Assembly: GCF_001457615.1 (NCBI RefSeq)
Contig: NZ_LN831024.1
Coordinates: 150,001-182,000, forward strand
Reading direction: 5' to 3'
Source: Pseudomonas aeruginosa
GTDB taxonomy: Bacteria; Pseudomonadota; Gammaproteobacteria; Pseudomonadales; Pseudomonadaceae
DNA length: 32,000 nucleotides
Part shown: piece after piece, positions 15,833-26,138 of the stretch
How the letters are laid out: each line of letters starts with the position of its first letter
Position numbering within the stretch: the stretch's first letter is position 1
Position numbers and translations under genes: made by a program
The notes under the pieces: generated by a model
What the model was told of the DNA's origin: nothing
Databases searched by the model: none
What the model saw: only the letters and a program-made list of their open reading frames with translations

Positions 15833-16930
15833 ATGAAACACCGTCGCACGCAATCCCGCATGTCCGTCCTGCGCCGCCTTGCCGCCGTCCTCGGCCTCGG
15901 CGCCTGCGCTCTCGCCGCCGAGGCCGCCGAACCACTGAAGATCGGCTTCGTCTATGTCGGCCCGGTCGGCGACCACGGCTGGACCTACCAGCACGAACTG
16001 GGCCGCCGCGAACTGGTGGAGCACTTCGGCGACAAGGTGAAGACCAGCTTCGTCGAGAACGTCGCCGAGGGCGCCGACGCCGAGCGGGTCATCCGCAACC
16101 TGGCGAAAGACGGCTACGGCCTGGTCTTCACCACCTCCTTCGGCTACATGAACCCTACCGCCAAGGTGGCCCGGCAGTTTCCCAAGGTGACCTTCGAGCA
16201 CGCCACCGGCTACAAGCGCGACAGGAACCTCGGCACCTACCTGTCGCGCTCCTACGAGGGACGCTACGTCGGCGGCTTCCTCGCGGCGAAGATGACCCGC
16301 AGCCACAAGATCGGCTACATCGCCTCGTTTCCGATTCCCGAGGTGATCCGCGACATCAACGCGATCCAGCTGGCGCTGGACAAATACGACCCGCAGGCCG
16401 AACTCAAGGTGATGTGGGTGAGCACCTGGTTCGATCCGGGCAAGGAGGCCGACGCGGCCACCGCGCTGATCGACCAGGGCGTCGACGTGGTGTTCCAGCA
16501 CACCGATAGCCCGGCGCCGATCCAGGCCGCCGAGCGTCGCGGGGTGTACGCCGTGGGCTACGCCTCGGACATGCAGCACTTCGGTCCGAAGACCGTGCTC
16601 ACCTCGATCGTCAACGACTGGGGCCCGCACTATATCCGCTCGGCCCAGGCGGTGATGGACGGCACCTGGAAATCCGAGGACTTCTGGGGTGGCCTGGCCG
16701 AGAGTACGGTGGTCCTGCCGCTGAACCAGGAGGTGCTGCCGGCGCCGGTGCGGGAAGAGGCGGGCAGGCTGATCGAGTCGATCCGCAGCGGAGCCTTCCA
16801 CCCCTTCACTGGGCCGATCCGCGACCAGTCCGGCAAGGAGCGTTTCGCCGCCGGCGTCAGCGCGACCAATGCCGACCTGGCGTCGATGAACTATTACGTG
16901 GAAGGCATCAAGGCCGACCTGCCGAAGTGA
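15833..16930 (+). CDS. BMP-family (PnrA/Med-like) ABC transporter substrate-binding protein, probable nucleoside-binding lipoprotein
   Basis: Frame of ORF 15797..16930. I prefer the ATG at 15833 (MKHRRTQSRMSVLRRLAAVLGLGACALAAEAAEP), which has GGAG 11 nt upstream. The signal peptide has a possible LGAC lipobox. BMP-family core: LKIGFVYVGPVGDHGWTYQH...FTTSFGYM...GYIASFPIPEV. Alternative starts at 15797 and 15860. Confidence 0.85.
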   Translation: MKHRRTQSRMSVLRRLAAVLGLGACALAAEAAEPLKIGFVYVGPVGDHGWTYQHELGRRELVEHFGDKVKTSFVENVAEGADAERVIRNLAKDGYGLVFTTSFGYMNPTAKVARQFPKVTFEHATGYKRDRNLGTYLSRSYEGRYVGGFLAAKMTRSHKIGYIASFPIPEVIRDINAIQLALDKYDPQAELKVMWVSTWFDPGKEADAATALIDQGVDVVFQHTDSPAPIQAAERRGVYAVGYASDMQHFGPKTVLTSIVNDWGPHYIRSAQAVMDGTWKSEDFWGGLAESTVVLPLNQEVLPAPVREEAGRLIESIRSGAFHPFTGPIRDQSGKERFAAGVSATNADLASMNYYVEGIKADLPK

Positions 16931-17002
16931 GCCCTGGCCTTGTATGGAAAAAGTCGCCGAGCGCAGGCACTTTCCGTACAGGACCCATCGAGGAGAGCGC
17001 GA

Positions 17003-17965
17003 TTGGACCGTCTACCCATCATCGACATCGCCCCGCTCTACGGCGCCGACCGTGGCGCCTGGAACGACGTGGCGCGGCGGATCGACCAGGCCTGCCGCGA
17101 GTGGGGCTTCTTCTACATCGCCGGACACCCGCTGCCGGCCGCGCGCTTCGAAGCCCTGTTGGCGGCGGCGCGGGAGTTCTTCGCGCTGCCCGTCGAAGAG
17201 AAGCTGAAGATCGATATCACCCGTAGCCGCAATCATCGCGGCTATGGCGCGATCGCCACCGAGCAGCTCGACCCGGCGTTGCCCAGCGACTTCAAGGAGA
17301 CCTTCGACATGGCCCTGCACCTGCCGGCGGAGCATCCCGACGTGCGCGCCGGCAAGTCCTTCTACGGGCCCAACCGACACCCCGACCTGCCCGGCTGGGA
17401 GGCCCTGCTGGAAGGACACTATGCCGACATGCTGGCGCTGGCCCGTACCGTGCTGCGCGCCCTGGCCATCGCCCTGGGGATCGAGGAGGACTTCTTCGAT
17501 CGCCGCTTCGAGCAGCCGGTCAGCGTGTTCCGCCTGATCCACTATCCGCCGGCCTCGGCCCGGCAGAGCGCCGACCAGCCCGGCGCCGGCGCGCACACCG
17601 ACTACGGCTGCGTGACCCTGCTCTACCAGGACGCCGCCGGTGGCCTGCAAGTGCAGAACCGCCAGGGCGAATGGATCGACGCGCCGCCCATCGACGGCAC
17701 CTTCGTGGTCAACATCGGCGACATGATGGCGCGCTGGAGCAACGACCGTTACCGCTCGACCCCGCACCGGGTGATCAGCCCGCGCGGGGTGCACCGCTAC
17801 TCCATGCCGTTCTTCGCCGAACCGCACATGGACACCGAGATCCGCTGCCTGCCGGGCTGCTTCGACGCGGACAACCCGCCGAAGTATCCGCCGACCACCT
17901 GTGGCGATTGGCTGACCTCGCGCTTCGCGCAGACCTATGCCTATCGGCGCGGCGAAACGGCCTGA
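17003..17965 (+). CDS. 2-oxoglutarate/Fe(II)-dependent oxygenase (isopenicillin N synthase-like family), substrate unknown
   Basis: Frame of ORF 16940..17965. There is no ATG near the 5' end. The TTG at 17003 has AGGAG 7 nt upstream and gives MDRLPIIDIAPLY..., the usual N-terminus for this family. The facial triad is HTD (GAHTDYG) plus H (STPHRV), with RYS for 2OG binding. The TTG at 16940 is the alternative start. Confidence 0.8.
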   Translation: MDRLPIIDIAPLYGADRGAWNDVARRIDQACREWGFFYIAGHPLPAARFEALLAAAREFFALPVEEKLKIDITRSRNHRGYGAIATEQLDPALPSDFKETFDMALHLPAEHPDVRAGKSFYGPNRHPDLPGWEALLEGHYADMLALARTVLRALAIALGIEEDFFDRRFEQPVSVFRLIHYPPASARQSADQPGAGAHTDYGCVTLLYQDAAGGLQVQNRQGEWIDAPPIDGTFVVNIGDMMARWSNDRYRSTPHRVISPRGVHRYSMPFFAEPHMDTEIRCLPGCFDADNPPKYPPTTCGDWLTSRFAQTYAYRRGETA

Positions 17966-18054
17966 GCCGCCCGTCGCGCGCGGGAGCGGCTCGCGGGTTT
18001 GCCGCGGGCCTGACTCCCGGGACAGGTTAAACTTGCCGGCCAAGACCAGCCTGA

Positions 18055-19020
<966 letters not shown>

Positions 19021-19026
19021 GGGGCG

Positions 19027-19049
19027 GCGTGCCGGGTAGCCCGGCGCGC
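19027..19049 (+). terminator. GC-rich hairpin after the deaminase gene
   Basis: GCGTGCCGGG-tag-CCCGGCGCGC forms about 10 bp including one G-U pair. It starts 7 nt after the stop. No T-tract. Confidence 0.35.
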
Positions 19050-19086
19050 GACCCGCAAGGCGTTTCGTCGTCGCTGGCTTCTCGGC

Positions 19087-19105
19087 ATTGATGATAAGCA
19101 TTATC
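19087..19105. promoter_or_regulatory. Fur box upstream of the ECF sigma gene
   Basis: ATTGATGATAAGCATTATC matches the 19-bp Fur consensus GATAATGATAATCATTATC at 15 of 19 positions. It lies about 70 nt upstream of the sigma-factor start. Confidence 0.7.
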
Positions 19106-19174
19106 ATTTGAAGGCCTGCTCAGCATTCCCATGGCGCCGCCCCGGCGCCGGCTTTCGTGCAGCCGTCCTCACCG

Positions 19175-19762
19175 ATGCCCGACCGCGACCTACCTCCCGG
19201 CCCGCGCCCGGATGCCTTGCCGGCAGACGGCGAGGCGGCGCGCCGCGCGGATCTCCTCAAGGCCTTCCTGGCCCAGCGCCAGCGCATGGAAAGCCTGGTC
19301 AGCCGCTGGGTCGGCTGCCGGGCGACCGCCGCCGACCTGGTCCAGGAACTGTTCCTGCGCTTCTGGCGGCGCCCGGCCGCCCCGGTGGAGGAGCTTGGCA
19401 GCTACCTCCTGCGCAGCGCGCGCAACCTGGCCATCGACCACTTGCGTGGCGAAGGATCGCGGCAACGGCAACTGGACGACTGGCTGCCGGAGCAGCGCCA
19501 GGGCGAGCCGGTCGGTCCCGAGCAGGCGCTCGAGGCCGGCGACCAGTGGCGCCGGGTCGAGGCCGCCTTGCGCGGCCTGCCCGAGCGCACCCGGCGGATT
19601 TTCCTGCTCAATCGCATCCACGGCCGCACCTACGCGGAGATCGCCCAGGCCATGCAGCTTTCCCAAAGCGCCGTGGAAAAACATATGATGCGCGCCCTCG
19701 ACGCCTGCAAGGCGAGCCTGGCCGGCCCGGCCGGCGAGCAGGCAAGGAGCGCCCAGCCATGA
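19175..19762 (+). CDS. ECF (FecI-type, iron-starvation) RNA polymerase sigma factor
   Basis: Frame of ORF 19157..19762 (GTG). I prefer the ATG at 19175. Region 2 (DLVQELFLRFW) and region 4 HTH (RTYAEIAQAMQLSQSAVEKHMMRAL) are present. A Fur box lies upstream and a FecR-like gene overlaps downstream. Confidence 0.88.
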   Translation: MPDRDLPPGPRPDALPADGEAARRADLLKAFLAQRQRMESLVSRWVGCRATAADLVQELFLRFWRRPAAPVEELGSYLLRSARNLAIDHLRGEGSRQRQLDDWLPEQRQGEPVGPEQALEAGDQWRRVEAALRGLPERTRRIFLLNRIHGRTYAEIAQAMQLSQSAVEKHMMRALDACKASLAGPAGEQARSAQP

Positions 19763-20754
19763 CCCGACCCGATAGCGACGCCGCGCCCTACGAGCCCGTC
19801 CTCGAGCAGACCGCACAGGCCTGGCTGGTGCGCCTGCGCGGTACGCCGGATGCGGCGACCCGGCGGGCCTTCGAGGACTGGCTGGCGCAGCGGCCGGCGC
19901 ATGCCGAGGCCTATGCCCGCGCCGAGGCGCTCTGGCGCCTGACGGAAATACCGGCGAGCCGCCTGGCCATCGAAGAGGCCGATGCCCTGGAAGCCTACCT
20001 GCGGCCGCGCCGAGCGTCGCGCAACCCGCGGCGCTGGGCCTACCCGCTGGCCAGCGTCGCCTGCCTGCTGGCGATGCTCTGGCTGGGCGGCTGGTGGCAG
20101 CCCGGCGACTGGCTGCAGGACTGGCGTGCCGACTATGTCGCCGCGCCGGGACAGGTCGCCGAATGGAAGCTGGCCGATGGCTCCTACCTGAGCCTGGACG
20201 CCGGCAGCGCGGTGCGCGTGCGTATCGACGGCGGCCAGCGGCGGGTCGAACTGCTGCGCGGCGCCGCCGCGTTGTGGGTGAAGCGCGACGCGCTGCCATT
20301 CGTGGTCGAGGCCGGCGAAGGTCGGGCGCGGGTACTGGGCACCGAGTTCGAGGTCCGTCGCGGCGCCGGGGCGACCCGCGTCACCGTGTTGCAAGGGCGG
20401 GTCGCGGTGAGCGCCGGCACCGGTGCGGGCGCCGCCGAGGAAGTGCTGGGCGCCGGCCAGCAGGTCGGCTTCGCCGACGGCAAGCTGGGCCGGCCCGTGG
20501 CCATCGACGCCGCCGCCGCGCTGGCCTGGCGCCAGGGTTGGCTGAGCTTCTACCGGCGGCCGCTGGCGGAAGTGCTCGACGAACTCGCTCGCTACTACCC
20601 CGGACGCATTCTCCTGCTCGACGACGCGCTCGGCCGCCAGCCGGTCAGCGGCAGCTTCCGCAGCGACGATCCCGAAGCCGCGCTGAAGTCGCTGCAGGCG
20701 GTGCTCGGCTATCGCCAGCAGATCCTGTTCGGACGCCTGGTGGTGATTCGCTGA
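19759..20754 (+). CDS. FecR-family transmembrane anti-sigma factor / signal transducer
   Basis: The ATG at 19759 overlaps the sigma stop (ATGA), with AAGGAG 9 nt upstream. 331 aa: the N-terminal anti-sigma domain (AQAWLVRLRG...AFEDWLAQRPAHAEAY), one TM segment (PLASVACLLAMLWLGGWW) and a periplasmic FecR domain (VLGTEFEV). The track ORF 19108..20754 is an out-of-frame 5' extension across the sigma gene. Confidence 0.88.
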   Translation: MTRPDSDAAPYEPVLEQTAQAWLVRLRGTPDAATRRAFEDWLAQRPAHAEAYARAEALWRLTEIPASRLAIEEADALEAYLRPRRASRNPRRWAYPLASVACLLAMLWLGGWWQPGDWLQDWRADYVAAPGQVAEWKLADGSYLSLDAGSAVRVRIDGGQRRVELLRGAAALWVKRDALPFVVEAGEGRARVLGTEFEVRRGAGATRVTVLQGRVAVSAGTGAGAAEEVLGAGQQVGFADGKLGRPVAIDAAAALAWRQGWLSFYRRPLAEVLDELARYYPGRILLLDDALGRQPVSGSFRSDDPEAALKSLQAVLGYRQQILFGRLVVIR

Positions 20755-20901
20755 CGGCGGCCCCGCTCCGTTTGGCCGCAGGAATCTTTCCCGGCGAAGA
20801 ATTTTTTTGCGCTGGGGGGTGAGGTAAATCCGGCGCCGCTTCGTGTAGTGCTCATGACCGCGATTGATTCGCATTAGAAAAGCGACCGACACGAGCAACC
20901 C

Positions 20902-23289
20902 ATGACCCCCTTCCCGCGCTTCGCCCTGCGTACTCTCCCCGCCCTGTTCCTCAGCCTCGGCTGTCTCGCCGCCACCGCGCAGGCCGCCGAGGCGGTTCGC
21001 TACCGCTTCAGCCAGGCTGCCGCGCCGCTGGCCCAGGCGCTCAACGCGTTCAGCCGGGCCAGCGGGCAGACGCTGCTCTACACCGCCGAGCTGCCGCCGC
21101 AGGCGACCGCCCCGGCATTGCACGGTTCGCTGGACGCGGAGGAGGCGCTGCAACGCCTGCTGCAGGGCAGCGGCCTGCGCGCGCGGCGGATCGACGAGCG
21201 CACCCTGACCCTGGAACCGATCCCCGCCAGCGGCGCGCTCGACCTCGATGCCACGACGGTCTCCGCCGCCGCCCCGGCGCAGGGCTACCGGCCGGCGGCC
21301 AACGCCTCGATCAGCCGCGGCGATGCGCCGCTACTGGATATCCCCCAGGCGATCAGCGTGGTCCCGGCACAGGCGCTGCAGGACCAGCGCCCGCGCAACC
21401 TTGACGACGCGCTGGGCAACATCAGCGGCATCACCCAGGCCAACACCCTTGGCGGTACCCAGGACGCGGTGATGAAGCGCGGCTTCGGCGACAACCGCGA
21501 CGGCTCGATCATGCGTGACGGCATGCCCTCGGTGCAGGGCCGCAATTTCACCGCCACCGCCGACCACGTCGAGGTGCTGAAGGGGCCTGCATCCCTGCTC
21601 TATGGCATCCAGGACCCGGGCGGGGTGGTCAACGTGGTGAGCAAGAAGCCGCAACTGCAACAAGCCAACGCCCTGACCCTGCGTGGCTCGGCCTACGCCC
21701 ACGGGCGCAACGGCAGCGGCGGCCAGCTCGACTCCACCGGCCCGCTGGGCGACAGCGGACTGGCCTACCGGATGATCCTCGATCATGAGGACGAGGATTA
21801 CTGGCGCGACTTCGGCAAGAGTCGCGAGACGCTGGTGGCGCCCTCGCTGGCCTGGTACGGCGAGGACACGACGGTCAACCTGAGCTACGAGCACCGCGAG
21901 TTCACCACGCCGTTCGACCGTGGCACGGCCATCGACCCGCGTACCAACCGCCCGCTGGACATCCCGCGCAGCCGGCGCCTGGACGAGCCCTTCAACATCA
22001 CCGAGGGCCGTTCCGAGCTGACCCGCCTGGATCTCGAACGGCAGCTCGACGACACCTGGAAGGCCCACTTCGGCTACGGCTACAGTCGCGAGACCTACGA
22101 CGACAACCAGGCCCGGGTGATGGCCGTGAATGCCGACGGCACCCTGACCCGGCGCATGGACGGCACCCACGGCGCGGTCAGCAGCGACAGCTTCGCCACC
22201 CTCGACCTGAGCGGAACGCTGCAACTGGCCGGGATGCAACATGACCTGCAATTCGGCATGGACCACGAGAAGCGCAAGATCTTCCGCGCCGACCTGCTGC
22301 GCGACAGCAAGACCAGCCGCTTCGACTACCTCGACCCGGTCTATGGCCAGGTGGTGCCGTCGACCCGGGTGGTCGCCGGCGACAGCGACCAGACCGACAA
22401 GCTGCGCAGCGACTCGCTGTACTTCCAGGACTCGATCCACCTGGACGAACGCTGGATCCTGGTCGGCGGCGCGCGCTACCAGATCTACGACCAGCTCGCC
22501 GGGCGCGGCCGGCCGTTCAACGCCAACACCGATATCAACGGGCAGAAATGGGTGCCGCGCGGCGGCCTGGTCTACCGCCTGAGCGACGAGGTTTCGCTGT
22601 ACGGCAGCTACACGCGCTCGTTCAAGCCGAACTCGACCATCGCCCCGCTGAGCACCGGCGAGACCATCGATTCGGCGATCCTGCCGGAGGAGGCGACCTC
22701 CTGGGAGCTGGGCGCCAAGCTGGATGTGCCGGGGCGTCTCAGCGGCACCCTGGCGCTGTTCGACATTCGCAAGAAGAACGTGCTGGTCAACGAACTCGAC
22801 GGTGCCGGCAACAGCAGCGTGCGCGCCGCCGGCCGGGTCCGCTCGCGCGGCCTGGAGCTGGACCTCACCGGCCAGCTCAGCGAACGCTGGAGCCTGATCG
22901 GCAGCTACGCCTGGCTCGCCGCGGAAGTCACCGAGGACCCGACCCTGGAGGGCAAGCGCCTGCAGAACGTGGCGCGCAACACCGCGTCGCTGTCGGCGGT
23001 CTACGAACTCGGCCAGCTCTTCGGCGGCGACCGCCTGCGCCTGGGCGGCGGCGCGCGCTACGTCGGCAAGCGCCCGGGCGACCCGGCCAATTCCTTCGAC
23101 CTGCCGTCCTACACCGTGGCCGATGCCTTCGCCAGCTACGACACCCGCTTCGGCGGGCACGGCGTGAAGTTCCAGCTCAACGTGAAGAACCTGTTCGACC
23201 GCACCTACTACCCGTCCAGTGCCAATCGACTGTACGTGGCGATGGGCGAGCCCCGGCAGTTCCAGGTGTCGACGACGGTGGAGTTCTGA
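20902..23289 (+). CDS. TonB-dependent siderophore-type receptor with an N-terminal signalling (STN) extension (transducer)
   Basis: 795-aa ORF. Signal peptide ...CLAATAQA. STN-like segment (FSQAAAPLAQALNAFSRASGQTLLYTAE...LLQGSGLRARRIDERTLTLEP). Plug domain (VEVLKGPASLLYG). Beta-barrel ending ...QFQVSTTVEF with a terminal Phe. Confidence 0.92.
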   Translation: MTPFPRFALRTLPALFLSLGCLAATAQAAEAVRYRFSQAAAPLAQALNAFSRASGQTLLYTAELPPQATAPALHGSLDAEEALQRLLQGSGLRARRIDERTLTLEPIPASGALDLDATTVSAAAPAQGYRPAANASISRGDAPLLDIPQAISVVPAQALQDQRPRNLDDALGNISGITQANTLGGTQDAVMKRGFGDNRDGSIMRDGMPSVQGRNFTATADHVEVLKGPASLLYGIQDPGGVVNVVSKKPQLQQANALTLRGSAYAHGRNGSGGQLDSTGPLGDSGLAYRMILDHEDEDYWRDFGKSRETLVAPSLAWYGEDTTVNLSYEHREFTTPFDRGTAIDPRTNRPLDIPRSRRLDEPFNITEGRSELTRLDLERQLDDTWKAHFGYGYSRETYDDNQARVMAVNADGTLTRRMDGTHGAVSSDSFATLDLSGTLQLAGMQHDLQFGMDHEKRKIFRADLLRDSKTSRFDYLDPVYGQVVPSTRVVAGDSDQTDKLRSDSLYFQDSIHLDERWILVGGARYQIYDQLAGRGRPFNANTDINGQKWVPRGGLVYRLSDEVSLYGSYTRSFKPNSTIAPLSTGETIDSAILPEEATSWELGAKLDVPGRLSGTLALFDIRKKNVLVNELDGAGNSSVRAAGRVRSRGLELDLTGQLSERWSLIGSYAWLAAEVTEDPTLEGKRLQNVARNTASLSAVYELGQLFGGDRLRLGGGARYVGKRPGDPANSFDLPSYTVADAFASYDTRFGGHGVKFQLNVKNLFDRTYYPSSANRLYVAMGEPRQFQVSTTVEF

Positions 23290-23574
23290 GTCGGCGCTCG
23301 CTCCAGGTGGGGTTCCCCGGCGTCCTCCTGGACGTGGAGGCCCCCCTGAAGGGCGAAGGGTCGGCGCGATGCTGCCCGACCATGCTCCATCTGGTTCCTT
23401 CTTCCCCAGGGAAGGGATTGCCCGGCGCGTGAGTCGTTCCGCCATCCAGTGCCTTCTCCCTTTGGGGAAAGGAAGGCGGAGAACCGCCTGGCACGACCTC
23501 GCCGCACGCCACACCTCGTTCCCAACCCGCCCGTTGGGTACCATGCCCGCACCACTCGCCGCCACGGCCGCCCC

Positions 23575-24492
23575 ATGAACCTCGACAACCGCATCAAGTT
23601 CCGCCACCTCGCCTGCTTCCTCGAAGTCGCCCGCCAGCGCAGCTTCGCCAAGGCGGCGGATGCCGTGGCGGTGTCGCAGCCGGCGATCTCCAAGACCCTC
23701 AAGGAACTGGAGGAAATCCTCGGCGCGCGCCTGTTCGAACGGAGCAAGGCCGGCGCCGAGCTGACCGAGGCGGGCGTGACCTTCCTGCGCTATGCCGGCC
23801 CCTGCGTGCAGGCCCTGCGCGACGGGGTGAACACCCTGCGCGGCCACGAGGCGCAGGTCGAGACGGTGCGGGTCGGCGTGCTGTCGACGGTGGAGAGCCT
23901 GGTGGTGCCCGAGGTGATCCGGCGCCTGCACCGGCGCCACGGTGCGCTGGTGGTCAGCGTCGCCACCGGACCCAGCGCCTACCTGCTGGCGCAACTGAAG
24001 GTCGGCGAGCTGGACCTGGTGGTCGGGCGGATGACCGATAGCCCGGACATCCAGGGCCTGACCTTCGAGCACCTGTACAGCGAGTCGATGATGCTGGTGG
24101 TGCGTCCCGGCCACCCCTTGCTCGCCGCGCCCCTCGGCGACCCGCAGCGGCTGGCCGAATTCCCGCTGGTGCTGCCGCTGGCCGGCACCACCATCCGCCG
24201 CCACGCCGACAGCCTGTTCGTGCAATGGGGCATCCCGCTCGCCGGACAGCGCCTGGAAACCCTCTCGCCGACCCTCAGCCGCAGCTATGTGTTGCGCAGC
24301 GAGGCGATCTGGGTGGCGCCGCGCGATGCCGTGCGCCTGGACGTCGGCAACGGCGAGCTGGCCGAGCTGGACCTGGGTATCCGCGAACCGGGCGGTTCGG
24401 TCGGGCTGTGCCACAACGCGGCCTTGCCGTTGCCGCTGGGGGCGCAATGGTTCAGCGCGGTGTTGCGCGAGGTGGCCGCCGAGTTGCACTGA
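23575..24492 (+). CDS. pcaQ: LysR-family regulator of protocatechuate dioxygenase genes
   Basis: Frame of ORF 23449..24492. The ATG at 23575 gives MNLDNRIKFRHLACFLEVARQRSFAKAADAVAVSQPAISKTLKELEEILGARLFERS (LysR HTH), 305 aa. It lies directly upstream of pcaHG, with a PcaQ-type box downstream. Confidence 0.88.
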   Translation: MNLDNRIKFRHLACFLEVARQRSFAKAADAVAVSQPAISKTLKELEEILGARLFERSKAGAELTEAGVTFLRYAGPCVQALRDGVNTLRGHEAQVETVRVGVLSTVESLVVPEVIRRLHRRHGALVVSVATGPSAYLLAQLKVGELDLVVGRMTDSPDIQGLTFEHLYSESMMLVVRPGHPLLAAPLGDPQRLAEFPLVLPLAGTTIRRHADSLFVQWGIPLAGQRLETLSPTLSRSYVLRSEAIWVAPRDAVRLDVGNGELAELDLGIREPGGSVGLCHNAALPLPLGAQWFSAVLREVAAELH

Positions 24493-24498
24493 TAAAGC

Positions 24499-24514
24499 AT
24501 AACCAAATGGTTAT
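24499..24514. promoter_or_regulatory. PcaQ-type operator, ATAACC-N4-GGTTAT perfect dyad
   Basis: ATAACCAAATGGTTAT begins 7 nt after the pcaQ stop and lies 113 nt upstream of the pcaH ATG. From memory, the PcaQ site in rhizobia is ATAACC-N4-GGTTAA. Confidence 0.6.
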
Positions 24515-24626
24515 GTATGGGGCCGGATAATTCACTGTCCCCGTCCCGCCTCCTGCGCAAGACTTCGTTTTCCATGCCTGAATCCACAAGCCTGGCGACC
24601 GATAACGCGAATAACAGGAGCCCGAC

Positions 24627-25346
24627 ATGCACGACGCCGAAAGCCGTCGTTTCGTCATCCGTGACCGAAACTGGCACCCCAAAGCCTTGACCCCCGACTA
24701 CAAGACCTCCGTGCCGCGCTCGCCGAGCCAGGCGCTGGTGAGCATCCCGCAATCGCTCTCGGAAACCAGCGGGCCGGACTTCTCCCACCTCAGGCTCGGC
24801 CGCCACGACAACGACCTGCTGCTCAACTTCGACCACGGCGGCCTGCCCCAGGGCGAGCGCATCATCATGTTCGGCCGGGTCTTCGACCAGTACGGCAAGC
24901 CGGTCCCGCACACCCTGGTGGAGATGTGGCAGGCCAACGCCGGCGGGCGCTACCGGCACAAGAACGACCGCTACCTGGCGCCGCTCGACCCGAACTTCGG
25001 CGGCGTCGGCCGGACCCTCACCGACAGCGAGGGCCACTATTACTTCCGCACCATCAAGCCCGGGCCCTATCCCTGGCGCAACGGCCCCAACGACTGGCGC
25101 CCGGCGCACATCCACGTGTCTGTCAGCGGCCCGGCGATCGCCGCGCGGCTGGTCACCCAGATGTACTTCGAGGGCGACCCGCTGATCCCCAAGTGCCCGA
25201 TCATCCGCACCCTTGCCGACCCGGAGGCGGCGCAGAGCCTGATCGGCCGGCTCGACATGAGCATGGCCAACCCGATGGACTGCCTGGCCTACCGCTTCGA
25301 CATCGTCCTGCGCGGGCAGCGCAAGACCTTCTTCGAGAACGCCTGA
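24627..25346 (+). CDS. pcaH: protocatechuate 3,4-dioxygenase beta subunit
   Basis: 239-aa ORF with AGGAG 7 nt upstream. Intradiol dioxygenase motifs [21 protein letters not shown] and RPAHIHVSV. Confidence 0.96.
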   Translation: MHDAESRRFVIRDRNWHPKALTPDYKTSVPRSPSQALVSIPQSLSETSGPDFSHLRLGRHDNDLLLNFDHGGLPQGERIIMFGRVFDQYGKPVPHTLVEMWQANAGGRYRHKNDRYLAPLDPNFGGVGRTLTDSEGHYYFRTIKPGPYPWRNGPNDWRPAHIHVSVSGPAIAARLVTQMYFEGDPLIPKCPIIRTLADPEAAQSLIGRLDMSMANPMDCLAYRFDIVLRGQRKTFFENA

Positions 25347-25356
25347 GGAGCCGACC

Positions 25357-25962
25357 ATGAGCCACGAACTGCTGCGGGAAACCCCTTCCCAGACCGCCGG
25401 TCCCTATGTCCACATCGGCCTGGCGCTGGCCGCCGCCGGCAACCCGACCCGTGACCTGGAGATCTGGAACCGCATGGCCCGCGAAGACGCGCCGGGCCAG
25501 CACATCCTCCTGCTCGGCCACGTCTACGACGGCAACGGCCACCTGGTGCGCGACTCGTTCCTGGAGTTCTGGCAGGCCGACAGCGAAGGCCGCTACCAGG
25601 AGCGCTACGATCCGGAGCGTCCGTTCAACAGCTTCGGCCGCACCGCCACCACCTTCGATGCCGGCGAGTGGACCCTGCACACGGTCAAGCCGGGGGTGGT
25701 GCGTAACGCCCAGGGCGTGCCGATGGCGCCGCACATCAACGTCTCGCTGTTCGCCCGCGGCATCAACATCCACTTGCAGACCCGGCTGTACTTCGATGAC
25801 GAGACCGAGGCCAACGCCGCCTGTCCGGTGCTCAACCTGATCGAGCAGGCGCCGCGTCGCGACACCCTGCTCGCGCAGCGCTGCGAAGTGGACGGACAGC
25901 TCGCCTACCGTTTCGACATCCGCATCCAGGGCGACAACGAGACGGTGTTCTTTGACTTCTAG
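25357..25962 (+). CDS. pcaG: protocatechuate 3,4-dioxygenase alpha subunit
   Basis: 201-aa ORF with GAGGAG upstream, starting 10 nt after pcaH. It reads MSHELLRETPSQTAGPYVHIGL...TVKPGVV...APHINVSLFARGI. Confidence 0.96.
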   Translation: MSHELLRETPSQTAGPYVHIGLALAAAGNPTRDLEIWNRMAREDAPGQHILLLGHVYDGNGHLVRDSFLEFWQADSEGRYQERYDPERPFNSFGRTATTFDAGEWTLHTVKPGVVRNAQGVPMAPHINVSLFARGINIHLQTRLYFDDETEANAACPVLNLIEQAPRRDTLLAQRCEVDGQLAYRFDIRIQGDNETVFFDF

Positions 25963-25989
25963 GCGCATCGATCGCGCGGGAAGGAAGGG

Positions 25990-26014
25990 CGCCCTTGCCG
26001 GAGCGGCAAGGGCG
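25990..26014 (+). terminator. 10-bp perfect hairpin after pcaG
   Basis: CGCCCTTGCC-ggagc-GGCAAGGGCG, 28 nt after the stop. No T-tract. Confidence 0.45.
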
Positions 26015-26104
26015 TACCCAGAACCCGCCGATGGGTACCTGACATTACTCCCGGAGGGCGATGGGTAGCCCCGACAGTACTACAGTCGGAGGCGCTCCGG
26101 TCAA

Positions 26105-26138
26105 TTGCGATGATCGAACGAGTGTCCGATAATCGGCG
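26105..26138. promoter_or_regulatory. candidate PcaR (IclR-type) operator overlapping the pcaR promoter
   Basis: TTGCGATGATCGAAC (26105-26119) and GTGTCCGATAATCGGCG (26122-26138) resemble, in opposite orientations, the remembered P. putida PcaR 15-mer GTTCGATAATCGCAC. They lie 30-60 nt upstream of the pcaR start. Confidence 0.45.

Noticed and set aside
20755-20901. ECF-sigma-dependent promoter upstream of the TonB transducer (GGAAT at 20781; GGTAAAT-N12-CGT at about 20823-20844).
   Set aside because: Neither candidate has the 16-17 nt spacing between a -35 (GGAAT/TAAAT) and a CGT(C) -10 element. A promoter is expected here, but I cannot place it.
23397-23478. Two similar CCTTCT(T)CCC...GGG(G)AA(A)GG hairpin-like elements about 55 bp apart between the receptor gene and pcaQ, as a possible REP pair, sRNA or terminator.
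   Set aside because: The stems are only 5-7 bp with mismatches or wobble pairs. There is no T-tract, and the similarity is mostly polypyrimidine/polypurine composition.
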